This document shows positions 1-11,960 of a stretch of DNA of 64,000 nt, piece after piece. Under the pieces are notes generated by a model, which searched no databases, had not been told where the DNA came from, and saw only the letters and a program-made list of their open reading frames with translations. How positions within the stretch are numbered: the stretch's first letter is position 1; the number at the start of each line of letters is the position of its first letter. The stretch comes from Hydrolagus affinis. Taxonomy: Eukaryota. The stretch lies in assembly GCA_012026655.1 (NCBI GenBank), contig JAAILG010000045.1, positions 1 to 64,000 on the forward strand. Direction: 5' to 3'. The position numbers and the translations under genes are program-made.

Positions 1-130
1 CATACATGTGGAAATTTACCCCATGTTTGCGGATGACATCGCCCAGAGGGAGCGTGTAAAGGGTGAAAAGAAGGGGGCCGAGGACAGAGCCCTGAGGGAC
101 GCCGTGGGAAACTGTGCGGGGGTTTGAAGA
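1..130 (-). mobile_element. L2-clade LINE ORF2 reverse transcriptase fragment (runs off window start)
   Basis: Minus strand translates [34 protein letters not shown], a non-LTR RT motif of L2 type. Confidence 0.85.
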
Positions 131-309
131 GAAACCGTTGGAGGAAACAAAATGTAAACGGTGGGTCAGGTCCAAATGCTAGTGTTAGTGTTAAAACGCG
201 TGGATAAGCAAAACCCATTGCCATGGTTAGCATGGGTTGTTGCAGAAAGCCAACTGTGGATAAGTGAAATTAGTGGTAGAAAAAAAACGCGGTTGGGGCA
301 GGGTACCTG

Positions 310-400
310 TACAGTCAATTCACTTTACAGTATATTCTGGGAAGCAAGTCTCAAAGACGTGACAGGCACTATATCAAATGCAAGGATTATTATTATTATT
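310..400 (+). mobile_element. tRNA-derived SINE, 3' fragment
   Basis: acagtcaattcactttacagtat...atatcaaatgcaaggattattatt matches the 3' end of the full-length copies at 4920 and 63387. Confidence 0.75.
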
Positions 401-2452
401 TGTCTACTATCAGGCTTCACCAATTCAGTGACTCACTGATGTGTTGATTTGACAAATGTCCGTCATGACTTATAGTTGATCAGCTTTGGAATGATTTGAC
501 CTGTTATCAGCAATAGTAGTAGCAATGCACAGATGCTTGTGTTTAATAGGCCCTGCTCCCAAACTATTTATGGTTGACTGTCAGACCCACTGCATGGTTG
601 TCATTTTAATTAGTATCACTGAGAGGCACCGCAACACAGTGAGAGGCACTATTTTGCGCAGATTGAAATATATAAGAACATAGGTTAACAGGGACAGCAG
701 GAAGCCATTCAGCCCATTGAGCCAGATCCATCAGTTTATTTTAAGATTAGCAGGTCTTTTAATCCCAGTTGCCTTACCCTTCACCATATTCCTTAAAACC
801 ACTGTCATCCATGTATGTATCTTTATTTTATAGGTTTGTAATCCACTATATCTTGTTTATTTTTATGTTCAATCATGCCTTCTGCCACAACTCTCTCCTA
901 CTCCCCTCCTAACTCTCTTGTTCTCCCTTCCTGACTCTCTCTTTCCCCTCCCCTCTAACCTGCCCTCCCTCTCGGTCGGGTCCAACCTGACTATTCAGCG
1001 CCTTGAGACGTCCTCCCGACGTGAAAGTGTAATTTTGTTGTTGTTGATATATCTAAAACATTTGGAATTTTGTGAAATTCTATCCAACTGAGGGAGGCAT
1101 CTAATAAACCATGTGCACTGATGACTGTAAAATATTATGAGTCAGATTCCACCTGTCAAAGTGTAAATTCTGCTCTGGCTGATTTCATGCCCTTTTCAGG
1201 TTATAAAGCTATGTTTCAATGGAACAACCCAATGGAACAGCACCATTTTAGCATTTGGCTCTTTGTTCTGAGGAAAACACTGTGTAAAAAAAGAAGAAAA
1301 ATCCTTCCTGAATTCATAGGCTGTCTAGACTGGTAAGGCACAAAGTTGGACCAGTTCTTGTTTTTGTTTCCTTATTACTAGTTTATGGGCTTAAATCCTG
1401 ATGTTCTTAGAAGGAGATCAAAATGATGTTTTCATTTGAGCCATTGCTAGATGAAACTTGCTTACTGTAAACTCTCAAACTTGTGTATAAAAAATGCACT
1501 TGAAATAACTAGCACGTGGACATAAAGTTTGTAGAACTCTGCTTTATTAATTGTGTTTTCATAAAGTTCAAAGTCCTAAATGTTTATACATGGGCACAAT
1601 TGATTTTGCGCCTGGAAACTGGTGAGTAGATCAAGAGGATTGGCCAAATCCCTAACATCTGGCCTTCAGATTATGAAAGGATCACAAACACAAGCTAATA
1701 TTTTCATCTATTTTAAAACAGGAGAGTTGAACATAACACCCAGAACTGGTGTTTGTTTTGGCTTGACAAATAATTGAATGCTTATACAAAGGGTTATGAT
1801 GTGTGAAATATGTTTGCACAAATGACTATTGTGTCAATTATGACATTTAACAGCATTAGATAAAACCTTCCTTGCGGAGGGAGCTAGCAAGACTCGGCTA
1901 TGATGGCCTAAATCTCTTCCATTTGCATTAAAATTTCAATTAAAATTCCTGTTTTGTACCCAACTATTAATTGCAATTTATAGTTCGGTATGTGATGATC
2001 ATTATCTTGCAAAGTGATATTTGTCTGTTTTGTCCATTGCTAGTTCACATTTTTGTTTTAATCTCCACATCTCAGTGCAAAATAGTTGAAATTGTTCCTT
2101 CAGATTGAAATCTGTGCTTTGTTTTATTTGACAGTTTTCACTATTTTTAGATTAACACAATTCTAATAAATATTTGCCCTTTAACAATATAAAGCTGTTT
2201 TTTGTAAATTATTTCACACTGTCATAAGAAGATGTATAATGTTGCCTCTTTCTGAATATCAGAAATTGTTGGATTGAGCTACAGTATATAAATTTTTAGT
2301 GTGTAGCCAAGGAAAATGTAAAGAAGAAATAGGAAGGGTGTCAGTACAGATCCCTGAGGGATCCAACTCAATACATTATTTCCCCCATTTCAACCTAGTT
2401 CACCTAATTCCTACTCTCTCCATCATTCCCTTTGCTATGTTACCTATGTTAT

Positions 2453-2848
2453 TCAAAGCCCTCCACAACCTTGCCCAACACTACCTCTGTGACCTCCTAG
2501 CCCCCTACCAACCTGCCCACCCCAGCCGCTCAGCAGGCTCTGGCCTGCTCCATGTCTCCCGACCCACCCGACCGCCCCACCATTGACGAGCGAGCCTTCA
2601 GCTACTCTACCATGAATATCTGGAACTCCATCCTGCAGTCCCTCTACCTCGCCGTGTCCCTGGTCTCCTTCAAGTCCCGCCTCAAGACCCTCCTCTTCGA
2701 CAGTGCCATCGGTCACCCCAAATCCCCCCCTTTCACTCCACCCTCCTCGTTCCCGACCCAAACTCGGGTCTGAAACAATGCCTGTGCCTTGGGATGTCCT
2801 CCTGACGTGAAAGGTGCTGTACAAATGTAATTTTTTGTTGTTGTTATT
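2453..2848 (+). mobile_element. L2 LINE 3' end (ORF2 C-terminus + 3' UTR + (TTG)n tail)
   Basis: FKALHNLA..YL..LL.PY.P....RS / RAFS....WNS.P / SFKSRLKT.LF motifs; terminal stem-loop cttgggatgtcctcctgacgtgaaagg and ttgttgttg tail. Confidence 0.85.
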
Positions 2849-3829
2849 GTCTATATCCATTGCTTACCCTTAATAAAGCAGCAGCAACAACAACTTGCAT
2901 TTTTATAGCGCTTTTCAGGAAAACATCTCAGATCACCTTACAAACACCAAATATAGAAGGAAGAGAGGGAGAATGTAAGGGGGATGTGATGATAGACATG
3001 GTCAAACAGGTAGGCTTGACAGGGAAATTTAGAGATGGACAGAGTGGGGACAAGATATAGGGATTGATGGAAAGATTTCCAGAGGTAGGGGCATAAGAAT
3101 TGTAGGCTCGGATACTCATGAGAGCAAGGAGGGGTACAGCAGGCCAGGGATGAGAGGAGGCACAATGAGAAGAGAAGGTAAACAGTAGGACATAGACATG
3201 CTAGGGCTTGAAGTGATTTATGGGTGATGTTAATAACCTATAATATCAGTTTGTAAGAGAATCTCACGTGATCTCTTTGTCAAAAGTCACTGTCAAGTTG
3301 GAATATCACCTCTTCAAAAAGGTCCATGAAGTTGGTAAGGCAAGATCGGAGGCTATGATTTAGAAAGTTATTTTTACACAGCTAATCTTCCAATTTCCTT
3401 CCTATCCTTCCCAATTTCCTTGGGTGTTTCCAATTATTTATTCAGGCTAATGGGACTGTATTTGCCAATATTGCTCTTCCATGTTTTTTTTTAATATGGG
3501 AACCACTTTTGATTATTTCTAGTCCATTAGAACTTTCCCAATGTTGACAGAGAACTTTATCCATTATGTTTGTAAATTCTAATGAGTATCTCAGCAAGTA
3601 ACCCTTGATCACTAGTTTAGATATCTAAATTCCAGTAGAATTAGAAGGCATGATTTGTTACTTCTAAATCCAAGCAGACTCTTTTTATTTGGCAGAACTA
3701 TAGCTTAAACATTGTAGCCTGTCATGCTATTTGTCACAGAAAATTCAAGCCAAACTTTGAGAAACAAACGTTGTAACAGACTGCAATACCCAATATAAAG
3801 ATTCATAAAATATTCATGGACTTATAAAA

Positions 3830-4120
3830 TAACTAGAACTTCGATTTATATGGCGCCCTCCACGCCAAACGGCGTTTCAGAGCGCTTCACAATAGCGGAT
3901 CATGGGACTGAGCCAGGGGCAGAAAGGTGACCAAAAGCGCGGTCGAAGAGAAAGGTCTTCAACTGTGACCTGAAACTGGGAAGAGAGGGGATGAGGCAAA
4001 GGGAGTGAGGAAGGGAGTTCCAGAGCCTCGGGGTGTAGAGGTTGAAGGCACGGCCGCCGAGGGTGGAGCGGAGGATTCGGGAGACATGCAGAAGGCCAGA
4101 CCCAGAGAAGCGAAGGCAAG
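3830..4120 (-). mobile_element. L2 LINE 3' end, second subfamily
   Basis: Minus-strand L2 C-terminal motifs; tail gcgctctgaaacgccgtttggcgtggagggcgccatataaatc is shared with copies at ~10500 and ~56650. Confidence 0.75.
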
Positions 4121-4435
4121 AAATAATGCTTAGATCACACAGTTTTTCACTCGTACTGAACCTGTGAATGTTGTTAAGGAGTAAAGTAATAGCTTTGGCT
4201 TCGCTGTTTATGGTGACCTCACCTTATTCCATTACTTCAACAAAATTTGCCCAACTCATAGCATCGAACCTTACTAATGTTTGGAGCAAAGATTAAGCAC
4301 CATTTGAAATCTTAATGCTCTCATAATTTTCTGTGAAGTTTCCAGAAGAACCATAAAATAGACTGTGTTTTTCTGTCTGTGTCTCTGTGTCTCTCTCACA
4401 TCCCCCCATCTCTATCTATCTGTATATTATCACAT

Positions 4436-4587
4436 CCACCCCGGCTCTCCCCCCATCCCCCACCCCCCCGCCATCTCTCTCCCCCTCCCACCCCCCCAGC
4501 CGTCTCTCTCCCCTTCCCCCCCACCAGCCGTCTCTCTCCCCCTCCCACCCACCCCCAGCCTTCTCTCCCCCACCCCCACCCACCCCT
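4436..4587. repeat. C-rich low-complexity minisatellite (~29 bp imperfect unit)
   Basis: Repeated ctctctccccctcccacccccc(c)agccgt; the minus strand is G-run rich. Confidence 0.8.
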
Positions 4588-4589
4588 TG

Positions 4590-4830
4590 CATACCTGTAT
4601 ATTGTATTCGGGGACTATGAATACAATATGGCGGCTTTGCACCTCGGTCTGTGCATTGTGTATAGAGATGAGCATTCTGGGTCTTGTAGTTCAGTGTGCG
4701 CGCATTCCGATTTTTTCCCTCGATATATCGATTTTTTGATATATCGATATTTTTGAAATGCCTATATCGGCGTATCGATATGAAAATTATATCGGGTTTT
4801 AGCGATATATCGATATATTGCCGGACCCTA
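4590..4830. mobile_element. Probable terminus of a non-autonomous hAT-like DNA transposon
   Basis: Ends in ...gccggacccta (reverse complement TAGGGTCCGGC), preceded by many CGATAT/ATCGAT subterminal repeats; unusually CpG-rich. Confidence 0.5.
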
Positions 4831-4919
4831 AGGTTCTGTTTCAAATGCAAGGATTATTATAATAAGGATTCTTATGACTCCACTTCTGAAAAGTACTCTA
4901 CCGAGTGATCTATAGTTCA

Positions 4920-5217
4920 GTGGAGTCCTGTAGCTCAGTGTTTAAAGCAGTTGTCTTACAAACGTGCGACCTGTGTATAAATCCACGCAGGGCGAAACTT
5001 TGGATGTTTTCTTACTCCACATGCCTAATAATAACCCCTCAAAAAAAATTGGTCATTTCAATCAATAACTGTTTGTGGGACACTGCTGTGTGCAATTGGC
5101 TGCCACATTTCACCCACAAATATACAGTCAAATCACTTTACAATATATTCTGTGAAGCACTTTGAGAGGGCTAGAAGATGTCTATATATCAAATGCCAGG
5201 ATTATTATTATATTATT
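4920..5217 (+). mobile_element. Full-length tRNA-derived SINE with Deu-like core and L2-type tail
   Basis: Head gtggagtcctgtagctcagtg (A box), core tgtttgtgggacactgctgtgtgcaattggctgcc, (TTA)n tail; many copies in the window. Confidence 0.85.
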
Positions 5218-5653
5218 AACTAAATGAGAACTGACAGTATTTATTACAAGCAATGGCATTTGAATTTAAGTGACGAGGAGACTTGGAAATCAATACCCAG
5301 CACCGTGTGGATTGTGTATTCAGAGATGTGAACATCAGTTGTTGTCTTATTCTGAAGAGTTTTGTTGCAAAATCAAAAGCGTTGGCCAAAATACAAAAGC
5401 AATAGATGAACCAAAGGCACCACCACTTAATTTCTTATGCTTTATTTCCTATAAATCATAAAAGGTATACAGTTTACCAAAGAATGATGCATATAAAGTC
5501 ATGCATGATTTATAGCATACAATGCTAGTTTCAGATAAAATGTTAACATTTAAATACATCTAGAATAGATTTTCCTAGCAATTTCAAAATTGCCATGTTG
5601 TTAAGTTGAAGCGTACAAAATTCCTGATAGGTCAATTTAATACAATTTTACTG

Positions 5654-5666
5654 TTTATTTTTTATT
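5654..5666 (-). terminator. Candidate lumican polyadenylation signals (two AATAAA)
   Basis: tttatt at 5654-5659 and 5661-5666, ~840 nt downstream of the LUM stop; other AATAAA exist nearby, so usage is uncertain. Confidence 0.35.
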
Positions 5667-6495
5667 TCATAGTACAGTACTTCTATACATTAATTAATGT
5701 GTAAACCCCGTTGCAGTCATTTCATCCCATATTGGTTATGTAATTTTTTCCAACCATGGACATCATACAAACTATTTGATCCAGTGAACCATAACAATCC
5801 TATAAGATATTTTGGTGAGAGTTTATAGAAAATGGTCTCAAATGATTAGTTCATTTGTATAATTTTAAAGAAAGGATTGTACAGAACACGAGTTGCTATA
5901 AAACATATTTATCATTAAAAATCATTCCAATTGGTCTGGCCTCTTTATAGGACACAAATTATAAGTACAGTATACTAATACCAGAAATGGATTGACTGGG
6001 AGAGAAATAATAGTGATTATACATTATACAATTTAACACTATTTAGCATTTCGTGCATTTGTGAGCATTTGATGAATTTTTCCTTTGTCAAAAGTTACAA
6101 CTATAAACGTGAATAGGCTATCAATTATGCGCAGCATGTATATAGCCGATAATAGATTTAAATGCTTTATTCAAGAAAATGATAAATTGCAGATAAATGC
6201 TTTCAGTTTTGAGAGAAGGTCAATAGTACCTCCTTGCTATTGTTCAAAATATTTAGCTATGTTTGTTCTATAAAATGTAGAGAAAACTTTAGATTGCAAA
6301 GCAAATAACATTACTTTGCTTTTAGTAATTCTGTCAGTATTGTATAACTAATTGAGAATCTAGTAGAAATCTTGGTTTCATGAATATGTATGTTATAAAA
6401 CTTAAGGTGTTAGGCTTCACTATATGATGAGTTAATAGGTGTAACATCTTAACTGCAAAATTCTAGATCTTCTGCATAACATCTTGGTGGGCAAA

Positions 6496-6650
6496 TTAAT
6501 CCAGTATTATTTCAGAAGCCTGGCGAAGACATTGTACTGTGTCATATGGCAAATCCGCTTGAGTGATTTTATTTGCATCCAAACGCAGATGTCTGACCCT
6601 GGAATAGTTGTTAGGGCCAGTAATACGACAGAAGCTGCTCAAGCTGAACT
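6496..6650 (-). CDS. LUM: Lumican, last coding exon (155 bp)
   Basis: Acceptor cattttatag|AG; phase 1 joins the previous exon to give K; encodes KFSLSSFCRITGPNNYSRVRHLRLDANKITQADLPYDTVQCLRQASEIILD*, with the SLRP C-terminal Cys pair. Confidence 0.95.
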
Positions 6651-7800
6651 CTATAAAATGAAATGACAAACAATTAGCGATGCATTTTGCAATCATACCC
6701 ATGAGAAGGGTATCACATGGGTATACCTGTCTCAAAATTCATCCTAGACTTGGCCCATAAGAACATTTCATCTTAATATTGGGTTGATTTGTGGGAAATT
6801 CCTCAAGTGGCTTTTAATTTGGAAACTTTTTCTTTTAAAGAACTTCAGAAAAACTATTTGCAAATTAAGACCTTAATTTAAGAATTTTCCACAATTCTCC
6901 GAACCCTAATTTTCAAGATGAAATCATATTCGCCAAGTAAGATTAGGTGAAATTTCACTCCTGTACATTATTCTGCTTACTGAGCATATGCCAGATACAA
7001 TATTCTAAAATTGCATAAGACAATTTAAACTTACAATTTTTTTCTCACTCATAGAAATAATAGAATGGAATATAACCACTTAAAGAAGCCAATACAGTAT
7101 AGTAAAATAGATATTATTTTAAAATCAGAGGTAAGATGAAAATTCAACTAGGATTGACTAGTTAATAATATTGCAAGATGGCAGAATCATAGAAAGAAGC
7201 CATAGAAAGAATTTGGGCCATCAGTTTTTGTATTATCGTTCTAAACTATGATATTTCTCAACAGGATTAATAATGACTGGCAGAGACTCTGCTACAGAAT
7301 AAATTGCGATAGATTTCATGGGTTCAATGGGTCAGTGCATTATACATGAAGGATGCATTTTCTTGAGAGGGTACACCAGAAGTTAGACCCCACATATTCT
7401 AGCTGGAGATGATCATCAATATCCTCCCAAGATACCATCTGATAATTCCAAATAGGTACCCTTCAAGGAAGTGAACCAATTTAAGGAAAATGTATGTCCC
7501 ATTCACTACCCATTAAAAGTTTTTAAATATTTCCGGCTGTTGTTCAAATGTGCTACCAATAGGACAACAGAAGAAGAGTTCCATACAGGTAATATGCTAC
7601 AACAGGACAGCAAGCGGTTACAATTAGAAAGTATAAACCTAACCCTCTTCAATTCATCAATTCATGACAGCTCCAGACAATCAAAGAGAGGCTTTAAAAG
7701 AAACAGCAATTCAAATGAGAAACAAGTGTCAGGAGATTTGTGTAATTCCCCATTTTTATTTAAGATCTTTGGTTGAGTGAAAAAAAATAAGTTTTCTTAC

Positions 7801-8668
7801 TTTCAATTTCATTGGCTTGAAGGTAGAGATTTTCTAGATTTTCATTAACAACAGGGATAGATTTCAATTTATTGAACGACAGGTCCAGCTCGAGGAGGGA
7901 GGTGATGTTGAAGAGCATATCAGGGATGCCTTCATCATTTAGTTGATTGTGTGATATGCGAAAGTGCTGAAGGTTGCTAGTTTTCTCAAAGTAATCCTTT
8001 GGAATGCTGCTCAGACTATTGTGATCAGCATACAACATCACTACAGCAGATGAAAGTCCCGAAGGAAGTTTAGTAAGTTTATTGAGACTCAAGTCAAGAT
8101 ACATCAGGGATTTCAAACCACTGAAAGCATCACCAACGTCAGTCAGCTGATTGTCATTGAGATGAACTACGGTCAGATTTTCTTGGCCAGAGAAGACTGA
8201 TCCAATCTTTGAGATCTGGTTTGATGAGACTTTTACTTCTTCCAAAGACTTTGGAAGGGTAACAACAAGCTCCGTCAGGTTGTTAAAGTTTATATACAAC
8301 TTCTGTAGGCGTTTTAGCTTTGAGAATGCCTTCTTACCAAGTTTTGAAGAAGCAATTTGATTGTGATCAAGGATTAGCCAAAGCAGTTCAGTTGCATTAT
8401 CAAATGCGCCATTTGGAATGCCAGTGAGCTGGTTGTTTTGGAGGTAAAGATACTTTATTGCTGATGGGACCATTGGGATGGTTTTAAGTTTGCGGTTGTC
8501 ACAGTACATGGCAGTGGGGAAATTCATGGGACAATCACATTCAACAGAACAAATTGGATATGAAGGACCCCTTTGACTTGCTGGATCATAATAGTATTCA
8601 TTATAGTCATACTGACAGAATATGCCACTGACCAGGAGGGCGAATAGAGGCAGGTGAATGAGCGTCAT
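7801..8668 (-). CDS. LUM: Lumican, first coding exon (868 bp; exon acceptor at 8688/8689)
   Basis: Signal peptide, Tyr-rich N-terminus, class II SLRP CX3CXCX9C (CSVECDCPMNFPTAMYC), LRRs, IKYLYLQNN, LLELDLSFNKL; donor GAA A|gtaag at 7800; with the last exon gives 340 aa; adjacent to decorin. Confidence 0.96.
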
Positions 8669-9049
8669 CTTGGGAGTTTGATGTAACTCTGCATAGTGAA
8701 AAAAAGAACAAAAACATATGGAATTATAACTGGTCTCAACCTGAACTCAAATTGTCAGTATTTTTTAAATTCAATTACACTCTGCTTGATGTTACATTTA
8801 AAATCACAACTTAGAATCCGGTTAAAAATATATATTTTGTTAAACTGACACCAGGTCAAAGATTATGTCCATGTAAACCAACTTTTGAAAGCGTTACATA
8901 ATGGAAATAATGCTAATAATACTGACCAATAGATGTAAATATTGAGAACACATGATAATCTATTTGGTAGGGAATAACCTTTCACGAATTGTGAATCATA
9001 TGGCTAAGCAGAAGGAAATCGGTCACATTTAGCGAGCGTTGGGAAACCT

Positions 9050-9410
9050 GGCACAGTTAGTATCACATTTGCTTTCAAGTCAGAGCGATGTGAGTTCAAC
9101 ACCCATTTTGCAACTTTGAACTCCTAATCTAGGCTGACACTCCAATGCCGTAATGGAGGAGCACTACATTTTTGGAGGTGCCGTTTTCCTCCTGCTGTTT
9201 CAGGTGAACAAGATCCCACAAAAGGATTTTCCCGCTGTCCTGGCCAACATCCCCCCAGATTAATTTGGTGATTCACTTCATTGTTGTTTTCAGTGTGCAA
9301 AAATTCAACAATAAAATACACAATCGCTAAATTTTACAGGATATTATATAGCTTTGAGATATCCATTTGATGCGAAAGGTGCTATATCAAATGCAAGGAT
9401 TATTATTATA
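9050..9410 (+). mobile_element. Older Deu-domain SINE (SacSINE1/AmnSINE1-like), degenerate
   Basis: ctaggctgacactccaatgc...ggaggtgccgttt core and the same L2-type tail; related copies at ~39380, ~43670, ~55190 and ~60730. Confidence 0.6.
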
Positions 9411-9485
9411 AATCATCCATTCTTGAATTGATGAATTGGAAAAGTAAGAAGAAAAACAGAATTGGGAGAAAATAGGACTTGGAAG

Positions 9486-9697
9486 AACATAAGAATAAGG
9501 AACAAGAGTAAGCCATTTGGCCCCTCAAGCCTGCCCCGTCATTCAATAAGATCATGGCTGATCTTCTAATCTAACTCCGTCTGCCCGCCTTATCCCCATA
9601 TCCCTTCATCCCTTTATCCATAAGAAATCTATCAATTTCTGTTTTGAATATGTTCAAGGACTGAGCATCTACAGCCTTTTGGGATAGAGAATTGCAT
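9486..9697 (-). mobile_element. CR1 LINE 3' end
   Basis: Reverse complement of the CR1 3' region at 34480-34650 (gatcagccatgat..tattgaatg) with a (TTCTTA)-like tail. Confidence 0.8.
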
Positions 9698-10494
9698 AAA
9701 GGCACCTTTTATATCAAAGAAATGCTTCACAAAATGAGATTAATTAGTAAATCATTGTTATGTAGCCAAATCCAACAGCTACTGTGAGACAGCAAGGTCC
9801 TATAAGCAACAATGAGATGAGTAGTCAATTCATATTAATTTGGAGATGAATTTGGACAGGGAATACAAAACAGAATAACTGGGGAAATCCATTTAAAAAA
9901 AAGTATATAAGAAGCCTTAACATTCACCTGAATCAAAAGGAACCTAAATTGATGGCTCTTAGAAACCTTCTCAAAATAACTATGTGGAGCAAAATTACAA
10001 TGTGTGCCTGTAAGTGCACTCGCAAAGGTGTTCTGTAGCTTGATTCAATTCATAATTTTGAGTAACATTTTCTTTTGTATCTACTTCTCTTGTATCATTC
10101 CATTACTCTTCTGATATTATTCATGCTACTTAAGACTGTATTTTGAAATAAACCATTAATTTTTTCCTCTTTTATTTTTCTTTCAGTCCATGCCTCTCCC
10201 CCACACCCTGCCCCGCCCCCAGGCTGCTTTATGCAGGTGCACAGTTCCATAGATGCTACAGGCTCAATTGGCCATTCCTTGTTGTGTTAGCCTGGACTGT
10301 GAGTAATAATGGGCTGTAGGACCAGAAACTTACCAAACATGTGCGTTCCAGCAATGGGTCACTACATACTATCCAATAACTGTTAGGTTTCCCCCAAGGG
10401 ATGCTGAGAGCAACTGTACCAAGGTTCAGATAAAATAACCTACTGTAGACTAAGGATTGAAAATGACATGGTAGTCAATGAGAAACCCTGAAAT

Positions 10495-11295
10495 AAATAA
10501 CAACAACTTGGATTTATACAGCGCCCTCCACGCCAGATGGTGTCTCAGAGCACTTCACAATAACGGATCCTGGGGCCGAGCCACGGGGAGGGGAAGAAGG
10601 TAACCAAAAGTGCGGTCGAAAAGAAAGGTCTTTAGCCAAGACCTGAAAATAGGAAAAGAGTGGGTGAGGCGAAGGGGGGGCGAGGTGAAGGGCATGAGAA
10701 AGGGAGTTCCAGAGCTTTGGGGCATAGTGGCTGAAGGCACGGCTGCCGACGGTGGAATGGCGGATTCGGGGAGGAGGTCAGACCCGGTAGAGCGAAGGCA
10801 ACGGGTACTGTTGTGAGGAGAGAGAAGATCAGAGAGGGAGATGGGTGCAGAGGGATTTGAAAACAAGAATGAGGATCTTGAAATTGATGTGAAGCCTGGC
10901 AAGGACTGGGGTAATTGGGGAGCAAAGTTTGCTTCGGGTGAGAATGCAGGCGGCAGAATTTTGGATAACCTGAAATTTGTGAATGGTGGCGGAGGGGAGA
11001 CCGGTGAGGAGGGCATTGGAATAGTGCAGTCGAGAGGTGACAAAGGCATGGACCAGGGTTTTGGCAGCTTTTGGGGTGAGATATTGGCGGAGACAGGAAT
11101 TGCGTCGAGATGGAAGAAAGTGGTGCTGGTGAGGGACCCGATGTGGGGTAGGAAGGATAATTGGGGGTCGGACCTGATACCTAAGTTGTGATGAGAGCCA
11201 AAGAGTATGGCTTCCGTCATGTCAACATTTAGCTGAGGAAATTTGCGCTCATCCAGCTCTTGATGTCTGACAGACAGGCTGACAGAACATCAGGG
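10495..11295 (-). mobile_element. L2 LINE 3' ~800 bp, frameshifted
   Basis: TEAILFGS, TTFFHL and FRSWLKTFLFDRTF motifs on the minus strand, plus the L2 tail stem-loop. Confidence 0.85.
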
Positions 11296-11689
11296 AACTG
11301 GGGTTCGCAAATGGAGGTGAAATTGATATTTGAACAAACAGCCATAAATAATATATCATAATTCCGTAATTCAGCAAAATTGTAACTTCAATGCTAAAAT
11401 AAGTGTTCTTGTTGGGCCAAACAATAGACAAAACTCACTTAAGATACGATAACACTGGTTGTACTTTTATGTAACATGTGCCTTTTCTGTTGCAGTTATT
11501 TTTATTTCTGCTGCAAATTAGATCCAGGGATTTGGACTCAATTTTACAGTTGGAATCTATTAGTTTCATATGACCAAACTTTTTATTTGTATCTAATTTA
11601 TTCCCTTTCATCCTGGAAGCTCTGGCTCTTCATAGATTGGAGTTCCATTGGTTCCGGAAGTATATTGCTGCCTTGAAACCTTTAGGAGG

Positions 11690-11960
11690 CCATTCTTCAA
11701 GTGCTATTTGACAGTGGAGTCAAACGTGACCCTAATCCTCTCCCAATATCCACAAATATTTGCTTTCAAGCAGGGTGTCACTGGGTAAAAATTGGGCAAT
11801 CTCACTGATTTTTCTCCCCCTCCGTAATCAAGGGACATAGGGCAGTTGCAATACCCCAACTACCTCCCTAGCTGAGATTAGCTCAGCACAGATTGAGAAT
11901 CAAACCTTCAATTGTATGGCTTATTTTGATACCAGATTGTGGCGTTACTGAGTAAGCCAT
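11690..11960 (-). mobile_element. Ancient SINE-like repeat (possibly LF-SINE-related); similar pieces at ~10230-10460 and ~37305-37425
   Basis: Shared degenerate motifs ggccattcttc..., g(g)ccaattgtagcacccc, ctgagattagctcagcacaga; family assignment is from recognition only. Confidence 0.3.

Noticed and set aside
1-4300. Keratocan expected downstream of lumican
   Set aside because: No KERA coding exon is visible; it probably lies beyond the left edge of the window
4365-4908. Cluster of overlapping Pro/Gly-rich ORFs
   Set aside because: Artefact of the C-rich low-complexity tract and the transposon end
7760-7800. C-terminal SKKTYFFSLNQRS of the 302-aa ORF
   Set aside because: Read-through into the intron past the GT donor at 7800; the real C-terminus is in the exon at 6496-6650
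10555-11220. 221-aa minus-strand ORF
   Set aside because: Frameshifted L2 ORF2 remnant, not a host gene
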